In this document: positions 17,267 to 24,840 of the stretch, one piece after another
How the letters are laid out: the number at the start of each line of letters is the position of its first letter
Position numbering within the stretch: position 1 is the first letter of the stretch
Source: a virus
Lineage: Duplodnaviria > Caudoviricetes
Virus record (IMG/VR): IMGVR_UViG_3300048861_000086
Span: 1-24,840 of that record
Length of the DNA stretch: 24,840 nucleotides
Reading direction: 5' to 3' (one strand)
Position numbers and translations under genes: made by a program
Notes under the pieces: model-generated
Told to the model about the DNA's origin: nothing
Seen by the model: the letters and a program-made list of their open reading frames with translations, nothing else
The model's database searches: none

Positions 17267-17307
17267 GCGCCGATCGTACTACTCTGCCGCAATGTCGCGC
17301 AACAGCC
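17267..17307 (-). promoter_or_regulatory. Repeated sigma70-type promoter, copy 2
   Basis: TTGCGC-18-TACGAT. Confidence 0.7.
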
Positions 17308-17540
17308 TACCCCATCTCGCCGCCCAGCTGCCCGTCGATCGCCGCACCCATCAGCGCATGCAATTGCTCTTCGATCAGGCCGACGTCATGGATTACATCG
17401 ACCCCGCCTGGTATGTCCGTCCAGATGGTGCCGTGAAGGCGTGCGCGGCCGCTCCAGACGATGGTATTGCCCTCGATGGAGAAATCGATCTGGTATTCGA
17501 CGTCCTGGCCGGACTCGGCCCGATAGGTTCCTTCCAGCAT
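17307..17540 (-). CDS. Small acidic hypothetical protein
   Basis: 77 aa, AGGGAG RBS, beta-strand-like N-half and helical C-half; own promoter. Confidence 0.75.
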   Translation of the reverse strand: MLEGTYRAESGQDVEYQIDFSIEGNTIVWSGRARLHGTIWTDIPGGVDVIHDVGLIEEQLHALMGAAIDGQLGGEMG

Positions 17541-17563
17541 GGTCAGCTCCCTGTTCAGGGGGA

Positions 17564-17598
17564 ATCGTACTGCGGTGCGGCGATGAGTCGCAACGGCC
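17564..17598 (-). promoter_or_regulatory. Repeated sigma70-type promoter, copy 3
   Basis: TTGCGA-18-TACGAT; ATCGTACTGCG identical to copy 1. Confidence 0.7.
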
Positions 17599-17668
17599 GC
17601 AGGCGGCGCCAGTTCGGACGCCAGTCTCTGGAAGTGGGAGGTGCAATTCCGCGCGGTTGCGTTGTGAC

Positions 17669-17866
17669 CTACCAGCCGAAATATTCATTGCACACGTCAT
17701 CCATCCTTATCTGTGCAGAACGAATGCGAACTCTCGCCGAATGCAATCGGTCCAGCACGCGGGGGTTCGGATGTGGCCAAACTACCGCCGCATATGCCGT
17801 TTCGAAAGTTGCGCGCGCAGCCTCCCATTCCGCTATCGCATCCGTCCATGCCTTAGGCGTGTTCAC
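17669..17866 (-). CDS. Small helical hypothetical protein
   Basis: GTG start with AAGGA RBS; 65 aa amphipathic helices. Confidence 0.65.
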   Translation of the reverse strand: MNTPKAWTDAIAEWEAARATFETAYAAVVWPHPNPRVLDRLHSARVRIRSAQIRMDDVCNEYFGW

Positions 17867-18139
17867 GTCGTTTTCCTTTTTTTTGTTAAAGCGCCCATCG
17901 CCCGCAAGACGTTCAGTGCTCCACAGTGCGTTCCCGGCCGTACCTCCCCCGGCGCGAGCCTACCCACACGTCGACCCAGTACCTGCGATATGCCACTTCG
18001 GGGCGCATGGGGCGCAGGGTAATGCGGCAAATGTAAAGAAAACGTCAAGGCCAGGAAAAGTTCATTTTCATTGCAGGAAAAACAGCCGCCGCCGGCACCA
18101 GAAACCTGGAAGGGACTATACGTATCCGGGGCAGGAGGA

Positions 18140-19294
18140 TTGACGTTGCGGCCGGCCTACTACAACGAATTCGACAAGTACGCAGCCCAGTGGCTGCGCA
18201 ACCTCATCGCTGCCGGCCACATCGCCCCTGGTGACGTCGACGAACGCAGCATAGAGGATGTCCATCCTGATGACCTTCGAGGCTACACACAGTGCCATTT
18301 CTTCGCCGGCATCGGCGTCTGGTCCTATGCCCTTCGCCGCGCCGGCTGGCCGGATGATCGACCTGTTTGGACCGGTTCCTGTCCGTGCCAACCTTTCAGC
18401 GCGGCAGGCAAAGGAGCTGGGTTTGATGACGAGCGGCACCTATGGCCGCACTGGCACTGGCTCATCGGCGAGCGCCGCCCTCCAGTCGTCTTTGGAGAAC
18501 AGGTTGCGAGCAAGGACGCAGGGCCTTGGATCGATCTTGTACACGATGACATGGAAGCCTTGGATTACGCCTTCGGGGCGGTCCCGTTTCCGTCTGCGAG
18601 CGTCGGCGCGCCGCACATCAGAGACCGACTGTATTGGCTGGCCTACGCCGACAAGCAGCCTGGCCGACAAGGGCGTGCGCAGCACCGAGGGCGGCATCCG
18701 AGAAGCGATGCGCAACCATGGTCCGGATTTGGCGGCAGTGGCGCGCCTATCGTCCTGGCCGACGCCAGCCGCGCGGGATTGGAAGGGCGCGCCCCTGGAG
18801 CGCTGGGGAACCAATGCACGCCCGCTAAACGAGGTGGCGCGGCTGGCGGGATGGGGAACACCGACGGCGTCGGAACCGGGCGGCACTGGAGCGCAGTATG
18901 TAGCCAGGTCGAAAGCGCTGACGGGCAACAGCGTGCCGACGATGTTGTCGCATCAGGTTGCATTGGCTGGCTGGCCGACACCGATGGCGGGCACGCCAGC
19001 ACAGAACGGCAACAACGCGGCGGGAAACAACGACAGCAGCCGGAAGACGGTGGCGTTGTCGGATTGGTCTATCGCCGACGTGACGGAATCCAACTGGCAG
19101 GGCCCGGCAAGGCTGACAGCCCATGGCGAGATGCTGATTGGCTCCGCTGCCGGGATGGAAAGTGGCGGCCAGTTGAACCCAGCACATTCCCGCTGGCTCA
19201 TGGGGCTGCCAGCCGCGTGGGACGACTGCGCGCCTACGGCAACGCGATCAACGCCTACCAGGCGCAAATCTTCATCGAAGCGAGCATGACATGA
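18140..19294 (+). CDS. DNA (cytosine-5) methyltransferase, alpha-type polypeptide
   Basis: Motif [45 protein letters not shown]; TTG start (18140 or 18146) after GGAGG. Confidence 0.9.
   Translation: MTLRPAYYNEFDKYAAQWLRNLIAAGHIAPGDVDERSIEDVHPDDLRGYTQCHFFAGIGVWSYALRRAGWPDDRPVWTGSCPCQPFSAAGKGAGFDDERHLWPHWHWLIGERRPPVVFGEQVASKDAGPWIDLVHDDMEALDYAFGAVPFPSASVGAPHIRDRLYWLAYADKQPGRQGRAQHRGRHPRSDAQPWSGFGGSGAPIVLADASRAGLEGRAPGALGNQCTPAKRGGAAGGMGNTDGVGTGRHWSAVCSQVESADGQQRADDVVASGCIGWLADTDGGHASTERQQRGGKQRQQPEDGGVVGLVYRRRDGIQLAGPGKADSPWRDADWLRCRDGKWRPVEPSTFPLAHGAASRVGRLRAYGNAINAYQAQIFIEASMT
18426..19289 (+). CDS. Nested +1-frame polypeptide (beta-subunit-like: WPTP repeats plus motif IX-like segment)
   Basis: Frame open 18258-19289; AAGGAG RBS before ATG 18426; four W(P/G)TP repeats and [15 protein letters not shown]. 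Confidence 0.7.
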   Translation: MTSGTYGRTGTGSSASAALQSSLENRLRARTQGLGSILYTMTWKPWITPSGRSRFRLRASARRTSETDCIGWPTPTSSLADKGVRSTEGGIREAMRNHGPDLAAVARLSSWPTPAARDWKGAPLERWGTNARPLNEVARLAGWGTPTASEPGGTGAQYVARSKALTGNSVPTMLSHQVALAGWPTPMAGTPAQNGNNAAGNNDSSRKTVALSDWSIADVTESNWQGPARLTAHGEMLIGSAAGMESGGQLNPAHSRWLMGLPAAWDDCAPTATRSTPTRRKSSSKRA

Positions 19295-20145
19295 CGGTAA
19301 CCACGCCCGTTATCCGATACCACGGTGCCAAATTCCGCTTGGCACCCTGGGTTACCCAGCACTTCCCGCCACATCGATGCTATGTCGAACCGTTCGGTGG
19401 CGCGGCCGGCGTCCTGATTCAGAAGCCGCGAGCATACGCTGAGGTTTACAACGACTTGGACGGCGACATCGTGAACCTGTTCCGCGTCCTCCGCGATGGC
19501 GATCGCCGCGCACAGTTGTTCGAAATGTTGGTCATGACGCCGTACGCCCGGGACGAGTTCGACGCCGCGTACGAGCCGACCGAAGATCCCGTGGAGCGCG
19601 CGCGCCGAACCATCATCCGCGCCTCCATGGGTTTCGGGTCGGCCGGGGCGACGAAAGGCACCACCGGTTTCCGCATAGACACACGACGGAAATACGGCAC
19701 CGCCCAGGATCTATGGGCCAAATATCCGGCCCAGCTCGAGCACATCGGTCGCCGCCTAGCTGCGGTCATGATCGAGAACAGGCCGGCCATCGAGGTCATC
19801 CAGCAACACGATGCGCCCGATACCCTTTTCTACGTGGACCCACCATACGTCCACGGCACCCGGTATGCCGGCGCGCGGCACGGCCGCTATTACGACCATG
19901 AGATGAACGATGCCGACCATTCGGCGCTGCTTGGCGTCCTGCAGCGTGTCGCCGGCATGGTCGTTCTCAGCGGTTACCCCAGCGCGCTGTATGACGACGC
20001 CCTGTCCGGCTGGCTGCGCGCGGATACCACGGCGCGGATCTCTGCTGCCCGCGGCACTTCCACGCGAACCGAATGCCTTTGGATCAATCCCGCCTGCGTC
20101 GACGCGATCAACGGCGCAGGCCTGCAATTGGAGCATGCAGCATGA
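19291..20145 (+). CDS. DNA adenine methyltransferase (Dam/D12 class)
   Basis: YHGAK..LA.W, YVEPFGGAAGV, EVYNDLD, FYVDPPY. Confidence 0.95.
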   Translation: MTVTTPVIRYHGAKFRLAPWVTQHFPPHRCYVEPFGGAAGVLIQKPRAYAEVYNDLDGDIVNLFRVLRDGDRRAQLFEMLVMTPYARDEFDAAYEPTEDPVERARRTIIRASMGFGSAGATKGTTGFRIDTRRKYGTAQDLWAKYPAQLEHIGRRLAAVMIENRPAIEVIQQHDAPDTLFYVDPPYVHGTRYAGARHGRYYDHEMNDADHSALLGVLQRVAGMVVLSGYPSALYDDALSGWLRADTTARISAARGTSTRTECLWINPACVDAINGAGLQLEHAA

Positions 20146-20381
20146 CCCGAGGCCAATCCCGCCACGGCAGCGCCGCCGAAGCCGTCATCAATGTCATCGT
20201 CGGCTACGCCATCAACATGACCGCCAACGCGCTGATATTCCCGTTATTCGGCTGGCAGCTGAGCCTTCGGCAAAACGTGATGCTGGGAGTTTTCTACACC
20301 GTCATCTCGCTGGTGCGCTCGTACAGCCTACGCCGGCTCTTCAACTGGATCGGCTTCGGCCGATCGAAGGACGCAGCATGA
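20142..20381 (+). CDS. Small two-TM conserved phage protein
   Basis: QSR..SAAEAVINVIVGY...FTVISLVRSY.LRRLFN-type pattern; ATGA overlaps on both sides. Confidence 0.8.
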   Translation: MTRGQSRHGSAAEAVINVIVGYAINMTANALIFPLFGWQLSLRQNVMLGVFYTVISLVRSYSLRRLFNWIGFGRSKDAA

Positions 20382-20650
20382 CTGCCAGCACCCCCGCCCG
20401 GCCGGAGTTGCCGAAAGACGACGAACGCGCCGGACTGCCGAAGGTCGGTGAAGGATCGCTGTACATCATGACGCCGCAATACATGGGCTATGCCGTGACG
20501 GATGAAGCAGTCCGCCAACTACTCGCTGACGAGCGCCGCAAGACGCTGGAGTTGGCCGCTCAGACGGTGCGTGCCTCTGGCGGTATCACCGCGCGCTGGC
20601 ATGCAGATACGGTGCTGGACCTGATCGACCGCAAGGAGCCGACAACGTGA
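20378..20650 (+). CDS. Hypothetical phage protein
   Basis: MTASTPARPELP...; ATGA/GTGA overlaps. Confidence 0.7.
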   Translation: MTASTPARPELPKDDERAGLPKVGEGSLYIMTPQYMGYAVTDEAVRQLLADERRKTLELAAQTVRASGGITARWHADTVLDLIDRKEPTT

Positions 20651-20871
20651 CCCCGGAAAAGATAGCCGAGATCGCGGCCCGGTTCGACATCCTGACCGAA
20701 CCCGGCGGCACAAACTACGAATTCGCCCGCGCCATCATCGCCCAGGCCCGCGCGGAGTGGGAGACGGAGGACAGCCGCAATTGCTGCGCGCACGGCATTC
20801 ACTGGGATAACGCCTGCGGTGCTTGCTCGCCTCCGCGAGGCACGACGATAAGGAATAACCATGACCAATGA
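20647..20871 (+). CDS. Hypothetical phage protein
   Basis: GTG with AAGGAG RBS; YEFARAII and CAHG..W...C..C motifs. Confidence 0.7.
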   Translation: MTPEKIAEIAARFDILTEPGGTNYEFARAIIAQARAEWETEDSRNCCAHGIHWDNACGACSPPRGTTIRNNHDQ

Positions 20872-22303
20872 ACAGACGGTACTGAGCGACGACGAGAAGG
20901 ATGCCATCTACAACGCATGGCAAGATCGACGCGACGAGGCATCCTATGGTGATCTGATTGACGACGTGGAACGTGCCGTACTTGCCCACCTGCCTGCCGC
21001 CAGCGAGGCCGATGCAGGCATCACGGACCACACCCAGTATCTGGCCGACAGCGTGACGCGCGTGCATTGGCGCGGCAGCATCCATACGTTGCTGATTGCC
21101 GCCAGCGAGGCCGGGGCGGTGCCGGTGGCGTGGATACACCCAGCGGACTATACCGACAATGCTTACGCTGTCCCGGACGTGCATGTAGGTAAAGACCGCC
21201 CCAGCGGGGACGCCTGGCAGCCGCTCTACGACCATCCCGCACCTGTAGAGGCCGGGGCCTACCACGATGTATGTGCGGCACTCGGGGAGGCAAACGCGCA
21301 ACTTGCTGACCTGCTCGTCCAGCCAGTCCGCATTCCGCTAGGGTGGCGGATCGGGCGCGCCGATGACGGAACGTTTATCCACTCTCCCAGCGGCCATAGC
21401 GGATGCGTGTTCGATAACGATAAATCGCCGCTCGCGGAAGTCGTGCGGCAACTGTGCCGGTCGTTCGCCACCCCATCGGATGCGCCCGTGCAGCAGGAGA
21501 AGCAACGGTGCGCGGCTGACGATCATTGCGACAGCCGTAACGGGGAATGCCCGTCGTGCGACCCCGCACCGGCTGCGCAGGACAAACCGAAAGGATTTGT
21601 CGAGAAATGGACAGAGGCGATCAAGTCCCTGCCCATGGGAGGGGGCGCACCGGGTGCGCAGGGCGACGAACGGATTACGCGATTCAATCCTTTTCCTGGC
21701 CTGGGGATGAACCCGCACTCTAACGGCCTGTACATCCGCTACGAAGATCACCGCGCTGCCCTCGCTCGCCATCAAACGCAGCAGGGCGACGAGCAGTCGG
21801 CAAGTTCGATAGCCATCGATGCGCTGAACCAATGCACTGACGCTCTGCTGCATGACGGCGTGCCCGTGGATATGGCACATCCCAAGCGGCAGGCGATCGT
21901 TGCCGCTGATGTCGCCCGCGCCGCGCTCACCAGCGCGGACGAAGACGAATACACCATTCAGCGCATGGGCCAGCTGCTGGCCGAGATCGCCATCGCGCTC
22001 AAGGGGCCCGAGAAAGAGCGACATCGTCACGGCTATCAAGACCTGCCGGAGCTGGTGAGCAAGATGGCGATTGAGCTTGCGGTGTATCGGGAGGGGCAGA
22101 CTGGCGCGAGGGATGCGCTGACCTACGAGCACCAGCACGCTCTGAAGGAAGCCGCATGCAACGCCGCGCACGGGGAATACTTCGATGCGCGAAAGGACTC
22201 CGAGTTTCGCATTTCCCGCTATGTGGCTTTCGACGCTGGCTTTGCACGTGGCTGGGACGCCGCCCGCGCCCAGCGTGCCGGAAAGGGGAATGATCGTGCC
22301 TAA
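20861..22303 (+). CDS. Large mosaic early protein (Ea22/Ead-like modular hypothetical)
   Basis: 480 aa, AAGGA RBS; short modules joined by Ala/Pro/Gln linkers (AASEA x2, QGDE x2, PVAW...PLY). Confidence 0.8.
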   Translation: MTNEQTVLSDDEKDAIYNAWQDRRDEASYGDLIDDVERAVLAHLPAASEADAGITDHTQYLADSVTRVHWRGSIHTLLIAASEAGAVPVAWIHPADYTDNAYAVPDVHVGKDRPSGDAWQPLYDHPAPVEAGAYHDVCAALGEANAQLADLLVQPVRIPLGWRIGRADDGTFIHSPSGHSGCVFDNDKSPLAEVVRQLCRSFATPSDAPVQQEKQRCAADDHCDSRNGECPSCDPAPAAQDKPKGFVEKWTEAIKSLPMGGGAPGAQGDERITRFNPFPGLGMNPHSNGLYIRYEDHRAALARHQTQQGDEQSASSIAIDALNQCTDALLHDGVPVDMAHPKRQAIVAADVARAALTSADEDEYTIQRMGQLLAEIAIALKGPEKERHRHGYQDLPELVSKMAIELAVYREGQTGARDALTYEHQHALKEAACNAAHGEYFDARKDSEFRISRYVAFDAGFARGWDAARAQRAGKGNDRA

Positions 22304-22577
22304 GTTCCGTTGTTGGATACCGGAGTATGGTCAGGACCGCGAAGATGGCGCCGATGTGGACGGATACGATGGCGCACAGGCCGCTACCCACTTCATGGAG
22401 CATTACGAGGCCCGCAATGCCGATTACCCGGTGGCGTCTGGCGGAAGTCTCGTTGTGGCAACTTCGCAGAACGACGAAGCGCCAGCCTTGTATTCGGTTT
22501 CTGGCGAATCCCGCCCGACCTACTACGCACGCGCCCTGCGTGCTGGAAAGGAGAACGGCGATGCCGACGTTCAATAA
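22290..22577 (+). CDS. Hypothetical phage protein
   Basis: (MIV)PKFRCWIPEYGQDREDG...SVSGESRPTYYAR; start ATG 22290 or GTG 22296. Confidence 0.7.
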   Translation: MIVPKFRCWIPEYGQDREDGADVDGYDGAQAATHFMEHYEARNADYPVASGGSLVVATSQNDEAPALYSVSGESRPTYYARALRAGKENGDADVQ

Positions 22578-22692
22578 GCACAAAATTGGATGGCGCTGCG
22601 CTTGCGCTCGGTTCTACGGAATCGGATCAACCCGAGCCATTGCATTCGATGCGTGGCGGCGTGCCGCTGCACAAGGGGCGAACGATGAATAA
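22561..22692 (+). CDS. Small hypothetical protein
   Basis: AAGGAG RBS; MPTFNKHKIGWRCAC...GIGSTRAIAFDAW. Confidence 0.6.
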   Translation: MPTFNKHKIGWRCACARFYGIGSTRAIAFDAWRRAAAQGANDE

Positions 22693-23032
22693 CGAGGAAC
22701 TGCTCAGGAGAGCGGCGAAGGCGGCGGGGATTGACCCGCGCAGGCTGCCAGATGCTTGGCCGGATCGATTCGATGATGACCAGTGGAACCCGCTGATCGA
22801 CGACGGCGATGCGTTGAGGCTGGCTGTGAAGCTGCGTATCGACCTAAATTCTTGGATCCGCGTTGATCGGGTGACCGCGTGGAACCACGCGTGCGGCGGC
22901 ATCAGCCTGACTGAAACACCTACGTCGGAGATCGTTTCCCACCACCACGAGCTTCGGGGCGACGATCCATACGCCGCCACCCGCCGCGCCATAGTCCGCG
23001 CTGCCGCTGCGCTGGAAGACGCCGATGCGTGA
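22685..23032 (+). CDS. Conserved phage protein (NinX-like WNPL..DGDALRLAV motif)
   Basis: ELLRRAAKAAG...WNPLIDDGDALRLAVKLRI...AATRRAIVRAAA. Confidence 0.8.
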   Translation: MNNEELLRRAAKAAGIDPRRLPDAWPDRFDDDQWNPLIDDGDALRLAVKLRIDLNSWIRVDRVTAWNHACGGISLTETPTSEIVSHHHELRGDDPYAATRRAIVRAAAALEDADA

Positions 23033-23292
23033 CCGCCGTACCATATCGGCATGCCCCTTTTGGAGCCGCGGCCATGCCCAACGAACGAAAGCTCATCGGT
23101 CCATTCCCGCCCGAGGTAGAGCCAGTCCACGTCGGCTACTACCCACGCCAGCACCCGTTCACGACCACCAAGGACTACTGGGATGGGTCGAAATGGGTGG
23201 ATTGCGACATGGAAGGCAACCATCTAGACATCCCGGCCCTCAGGTGGCCGTGGTGGGGCCTTGCCGAGCCTTGGACGCCGGACGTCGAATAA
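23029..23292 (+). CDS. Hypothetical phage protein
   Basis: GTGA overlap; FPPEVEPVHVGYY...YWDGSKW...WWGLAE; true start may be the later ATG (MPNE). Confidence 0.7.
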   Translation: MTAVPYRHAPFGAAAMPNERKLIGPFPPEVEPVHVGYYPRQHPFTTTKDYWDGSKWVDCDMEGNHLDIPALRWPWWGLAEPWTPDVE

Positions 23293-23407
23293 CCGGACGT
23301 GGACCCGACCAGCCCGAGGGGACGCCGCCGACGACCTCCGGATCATCCTGCCTGGTCCACGGGGAGGTAGTGGCGGGTGGTGGGGCGGTGGTTCCAGGGG
23401 AAGGATT

Positions 23408-23638
23408 ATGCTCACCCTGACGCCGGACGAGATCGCCGAAGTGACGCACCGCGTCAGGAAAGGGGCACAATGCGATGCCCTGAAGCAATTGGGCATACCG
23501 TTCAAGATCCGGCCGGATGGCACCCCCGTGGTGCTCCGGGCCGCTATGGAAGCCGCGTTGGGCTATGCGAACAAGAACCAAGGACCGACACCTCCCCGCG
23601 TGCGTATACCAGAAGCACGGCGCCTACTACCTCGTTAA
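23408..23638 (+). CDS. Excisionase-like DUF4224-type protein
   Basis: LTPDEIAEVT...AQCDALKQLGIPFKIRPDGTPVV; overlaps the integrase start. Confidence 0.85.
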   Translation: MLTLTPDEIAEVTHRVRKGAQCDALKQLGIPFKIRPDGTPVVLRAAMEAALGYANKNQGPTPPRVRIPEARRLLPR

Positions 23639-24533
23639 AAACGGGAAGTGGCAGCGCCTGGGGAACGACCTGCACGCGGCGCTGACCGAATATGCCCGCC
23701 TGGTCGCAGCGCCCCAGGACGGCATGCCGGCGCTTATCGATAAGGCCATGCCGGCGTGCCTGGAAGGCCGGGCGGAATCCACCGTAAAGCAGTACCAGCA
23801 CTGCGCCGGGTTGCTCAAGGAAGCCTTTGCGGACTTCCGTCCGGAACAGGTTCGGCACGGCGATATCGTGCAGATGATGGACGGATTCAAGGATCGGCAG
23901 GCCATCGCAAATCGCATGCTGACCGTCCTGCGGCTGGTCTTCCGTTGGGCGCTGGACCGCGAGCTGGTCGAAGCCGACCCGACCGTCAGCGTCCAGCGGT
24001 TCAAGCAGAACAGCCGCGATAGGCTCATCAGCGACAGGGAGTACGCGGCGATCTACAAAATGGCCGCACCCTGGTTGCAATGCATCATGGACCTCTGCTA
24101 CCTGACCGGCCAGCGCATCAGCGACGTGCTCAAGATCGAGCGGGCACACCTTCAAGACGATGGGATATTCATCGAGCAGCAGAAGACTGGGAAAAAGCTG
24201 ATCGTCGGATGGACGCCTGAGCTCAGGGAAGCCGTCGAGCGGGCCAAGAAGACATCGGGCACCGTGCGGGACATGAACTACCTGCTGACGACGCGCAACG
24301 GGCGACTGCGGTCCCATAAGAATGTCTGGTGGTCGTTCAAGCTGGCTGCCAAGAATGCCGGCGTCGAGAACGTTACGTTGCACGACCTGCGCGCGATGGC
24401 GGGCACAGAGGCCGAGCGCCAGGGCATCGATCCGACCGCCCTGCTGGGCCATACCGACCGGCGGACCACGCGGATTTACCTGCGCGATAAGTCCGCCAAG
24501 GTGGTCGCCAGCCCTCGAAAAAAGGCTGGATAA
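23565..24533 (+). CDS. int: Tyrosine recombinase / phage integrase
   Basis: LPACVYQKHGAYY arm domain; TGQRISD, QQKTG, HDLR, LLGH, Y catalytic residues. Confidence 0.95.
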   Translation: MRTRTKDRHLPACVYQKHGAYYLVKNGKWQRLGNDLHAALTEYARLVAAPQDGMPALIDKAMPACLEGRAESTVKQYQHCAGLLKEAFADFRPEQVRHGDIVQMMDGFKDRQAIANRMLTVLRLVFRWALDRELVEADPTVSVQRFKQNSRDRLISDREYAAIYKMAAPWLQCIMDLCYLTGQRISDVLKIERAHLQDDGIFIEQQKTGKKLIVGWTPELREAVERAKKTSGTVRDMNYLLTTRNGRLRSHKNVWWSFKLAAKNAGVENVTLHDLRAMAGTEAERQGIDPTALLGHTDRRTTRIYLRDKSAKVVASPRKKAG

Positions 24534-24541
24534 CCGCACAG

Positions 24542-24645
24542 TTTTGGACAGCGGGTTTTAGACAGGTATTGGATTTTTAGACAGTACCAGGCCGCAAAGC
24601 CAGTAAATACGCGCGTCTACGTTTTGGCGATGTATTCCGTCATGC
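24542..24645. other. Prophage att junction with integrase arm-type repeats
   Basis: TTTT(G/A)GACAG at 24542, 24556 and 24575 right after int; junction with the host gene near 24629. Confidence 0.7.
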
Positions 24646-24679
24646 CCTGGCCAAGCTGCCGCCGACGATTTTTCCGCAT
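24617..24679 (-). pseudogene. 5' fragment of host Flp/Tad-type pilin gene truncated by prophage
   Basis: GGAGG RBS, then MRKNRRRQLGQGMTEYI followed by AKT-stop; GQGMTEY is a type IVb/Flp prepilin cleavage motif, and the expected hydrophobic helix is missing. Confidence 0.7.
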
Positions 24680-24809
24680 GGATGCCTCCGAAGAACAGGT
24701 AGGCCTCCAGTGTGCGCAGCCCGGCGGGCGGCGCCTATTCGTACAAGCCGAGCTGGATCAAAGCATCACGCATACTCCGCGTAAGGACTCGCCGCCGCGG
24801 CACGACAGC

Positions 24810-24840
24810 AAAAAGAAAACGCCGCCCGAAGGCGGCGTTT
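24810..24840. terminator. Host intrinsic terminator
   Basis: AAACGCCGCC-CGAA-GGCGGCGTTT with flanking A-tract. Confidence 0.8.

Larger units (their letters stand above)
1..24630. mobile_element. Lambdoid prophage (integrase end; continues beyond left edge)
   Basis: Contiguous int-xis-early-immunity-replication-Q-HNH-terminase gene order. Confidence 0.97.

Noticed and set aside
16092-18143. 683-aa + strand ORF as a conventional functional protein
   Set aside because: Composition is Arg/Ser/Pro-rich with no motifs, and better genes with RBSs and promoters lie on the opposite strand. Kept only as a frame-openness finding.
18140-20145. Restriction-modification system
   Set aside because: No cognate restriction endonuclease nearby; orphan MTases are typical of phage early regions.
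23544-24539. 331-aa minus-strand ORF
   Set aside because: In-register antisense shadow of the integrase.
24534-24840. tRNA or tmRNA as integration target
   Set aside because: No cloverleaf or T-loop/CCA signature seen; a pilin-like 5' fragment explains the junction better.
1-24840. Diversity-generating retroelement or retron (known from Bordetella phages)
   Set aside because: No reverse transcriptase motifs and no TR/VR pair with A-specific mismatches seen in this window.

Overview
The window is the integrase-side part of a lambdoid (HK97-like, probably cos-type) temperate prophage in a GC-rich betaproteobacterium; a Bordetella/Achromobacter-like host is my inference. From left to right it holds: terL (partial), terS and an HNH nuclease; a late promoter with terminators; a Q-like antiterminator; VRR-NUC; a putative iteron origin; a primase-polymerase/PriCT-2/helicase; cII, cro and cI with clear OR/OL operators; and a 2.8-kb accessory insert between cI and PL. 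The PL operon then carries a Sak4-like ATPase, a DUF669-like SSB, a Cas4-like nuclease and an SF2 helicase, an antisense island of small genes, C5 and N6A DNA methyltransferases, many small early genes, a xis-like gene and a tyrosine integrase, ending at the att junction. Four observations stand out. (1) An antisense array of self-promoted mini-gene cassettes has repeat spacings that are multiples of 3 and lies inside a 2-kb stop-free + strand ORF whose start and stop codons overlap its neighbours. (2) A C5 methyltransferase is dual-coded, with a motif IX-like segment and WPTP repeats in a nested +1 frame. (3) An [Arc repressor <- -> unknown protein] module is tandemly duplicated. (4) The prophage appears to have integrated into the prepilin-motif codons of a host Flp-type pilin gene. 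All family assignments come from motif recognition by eye, not database searches.
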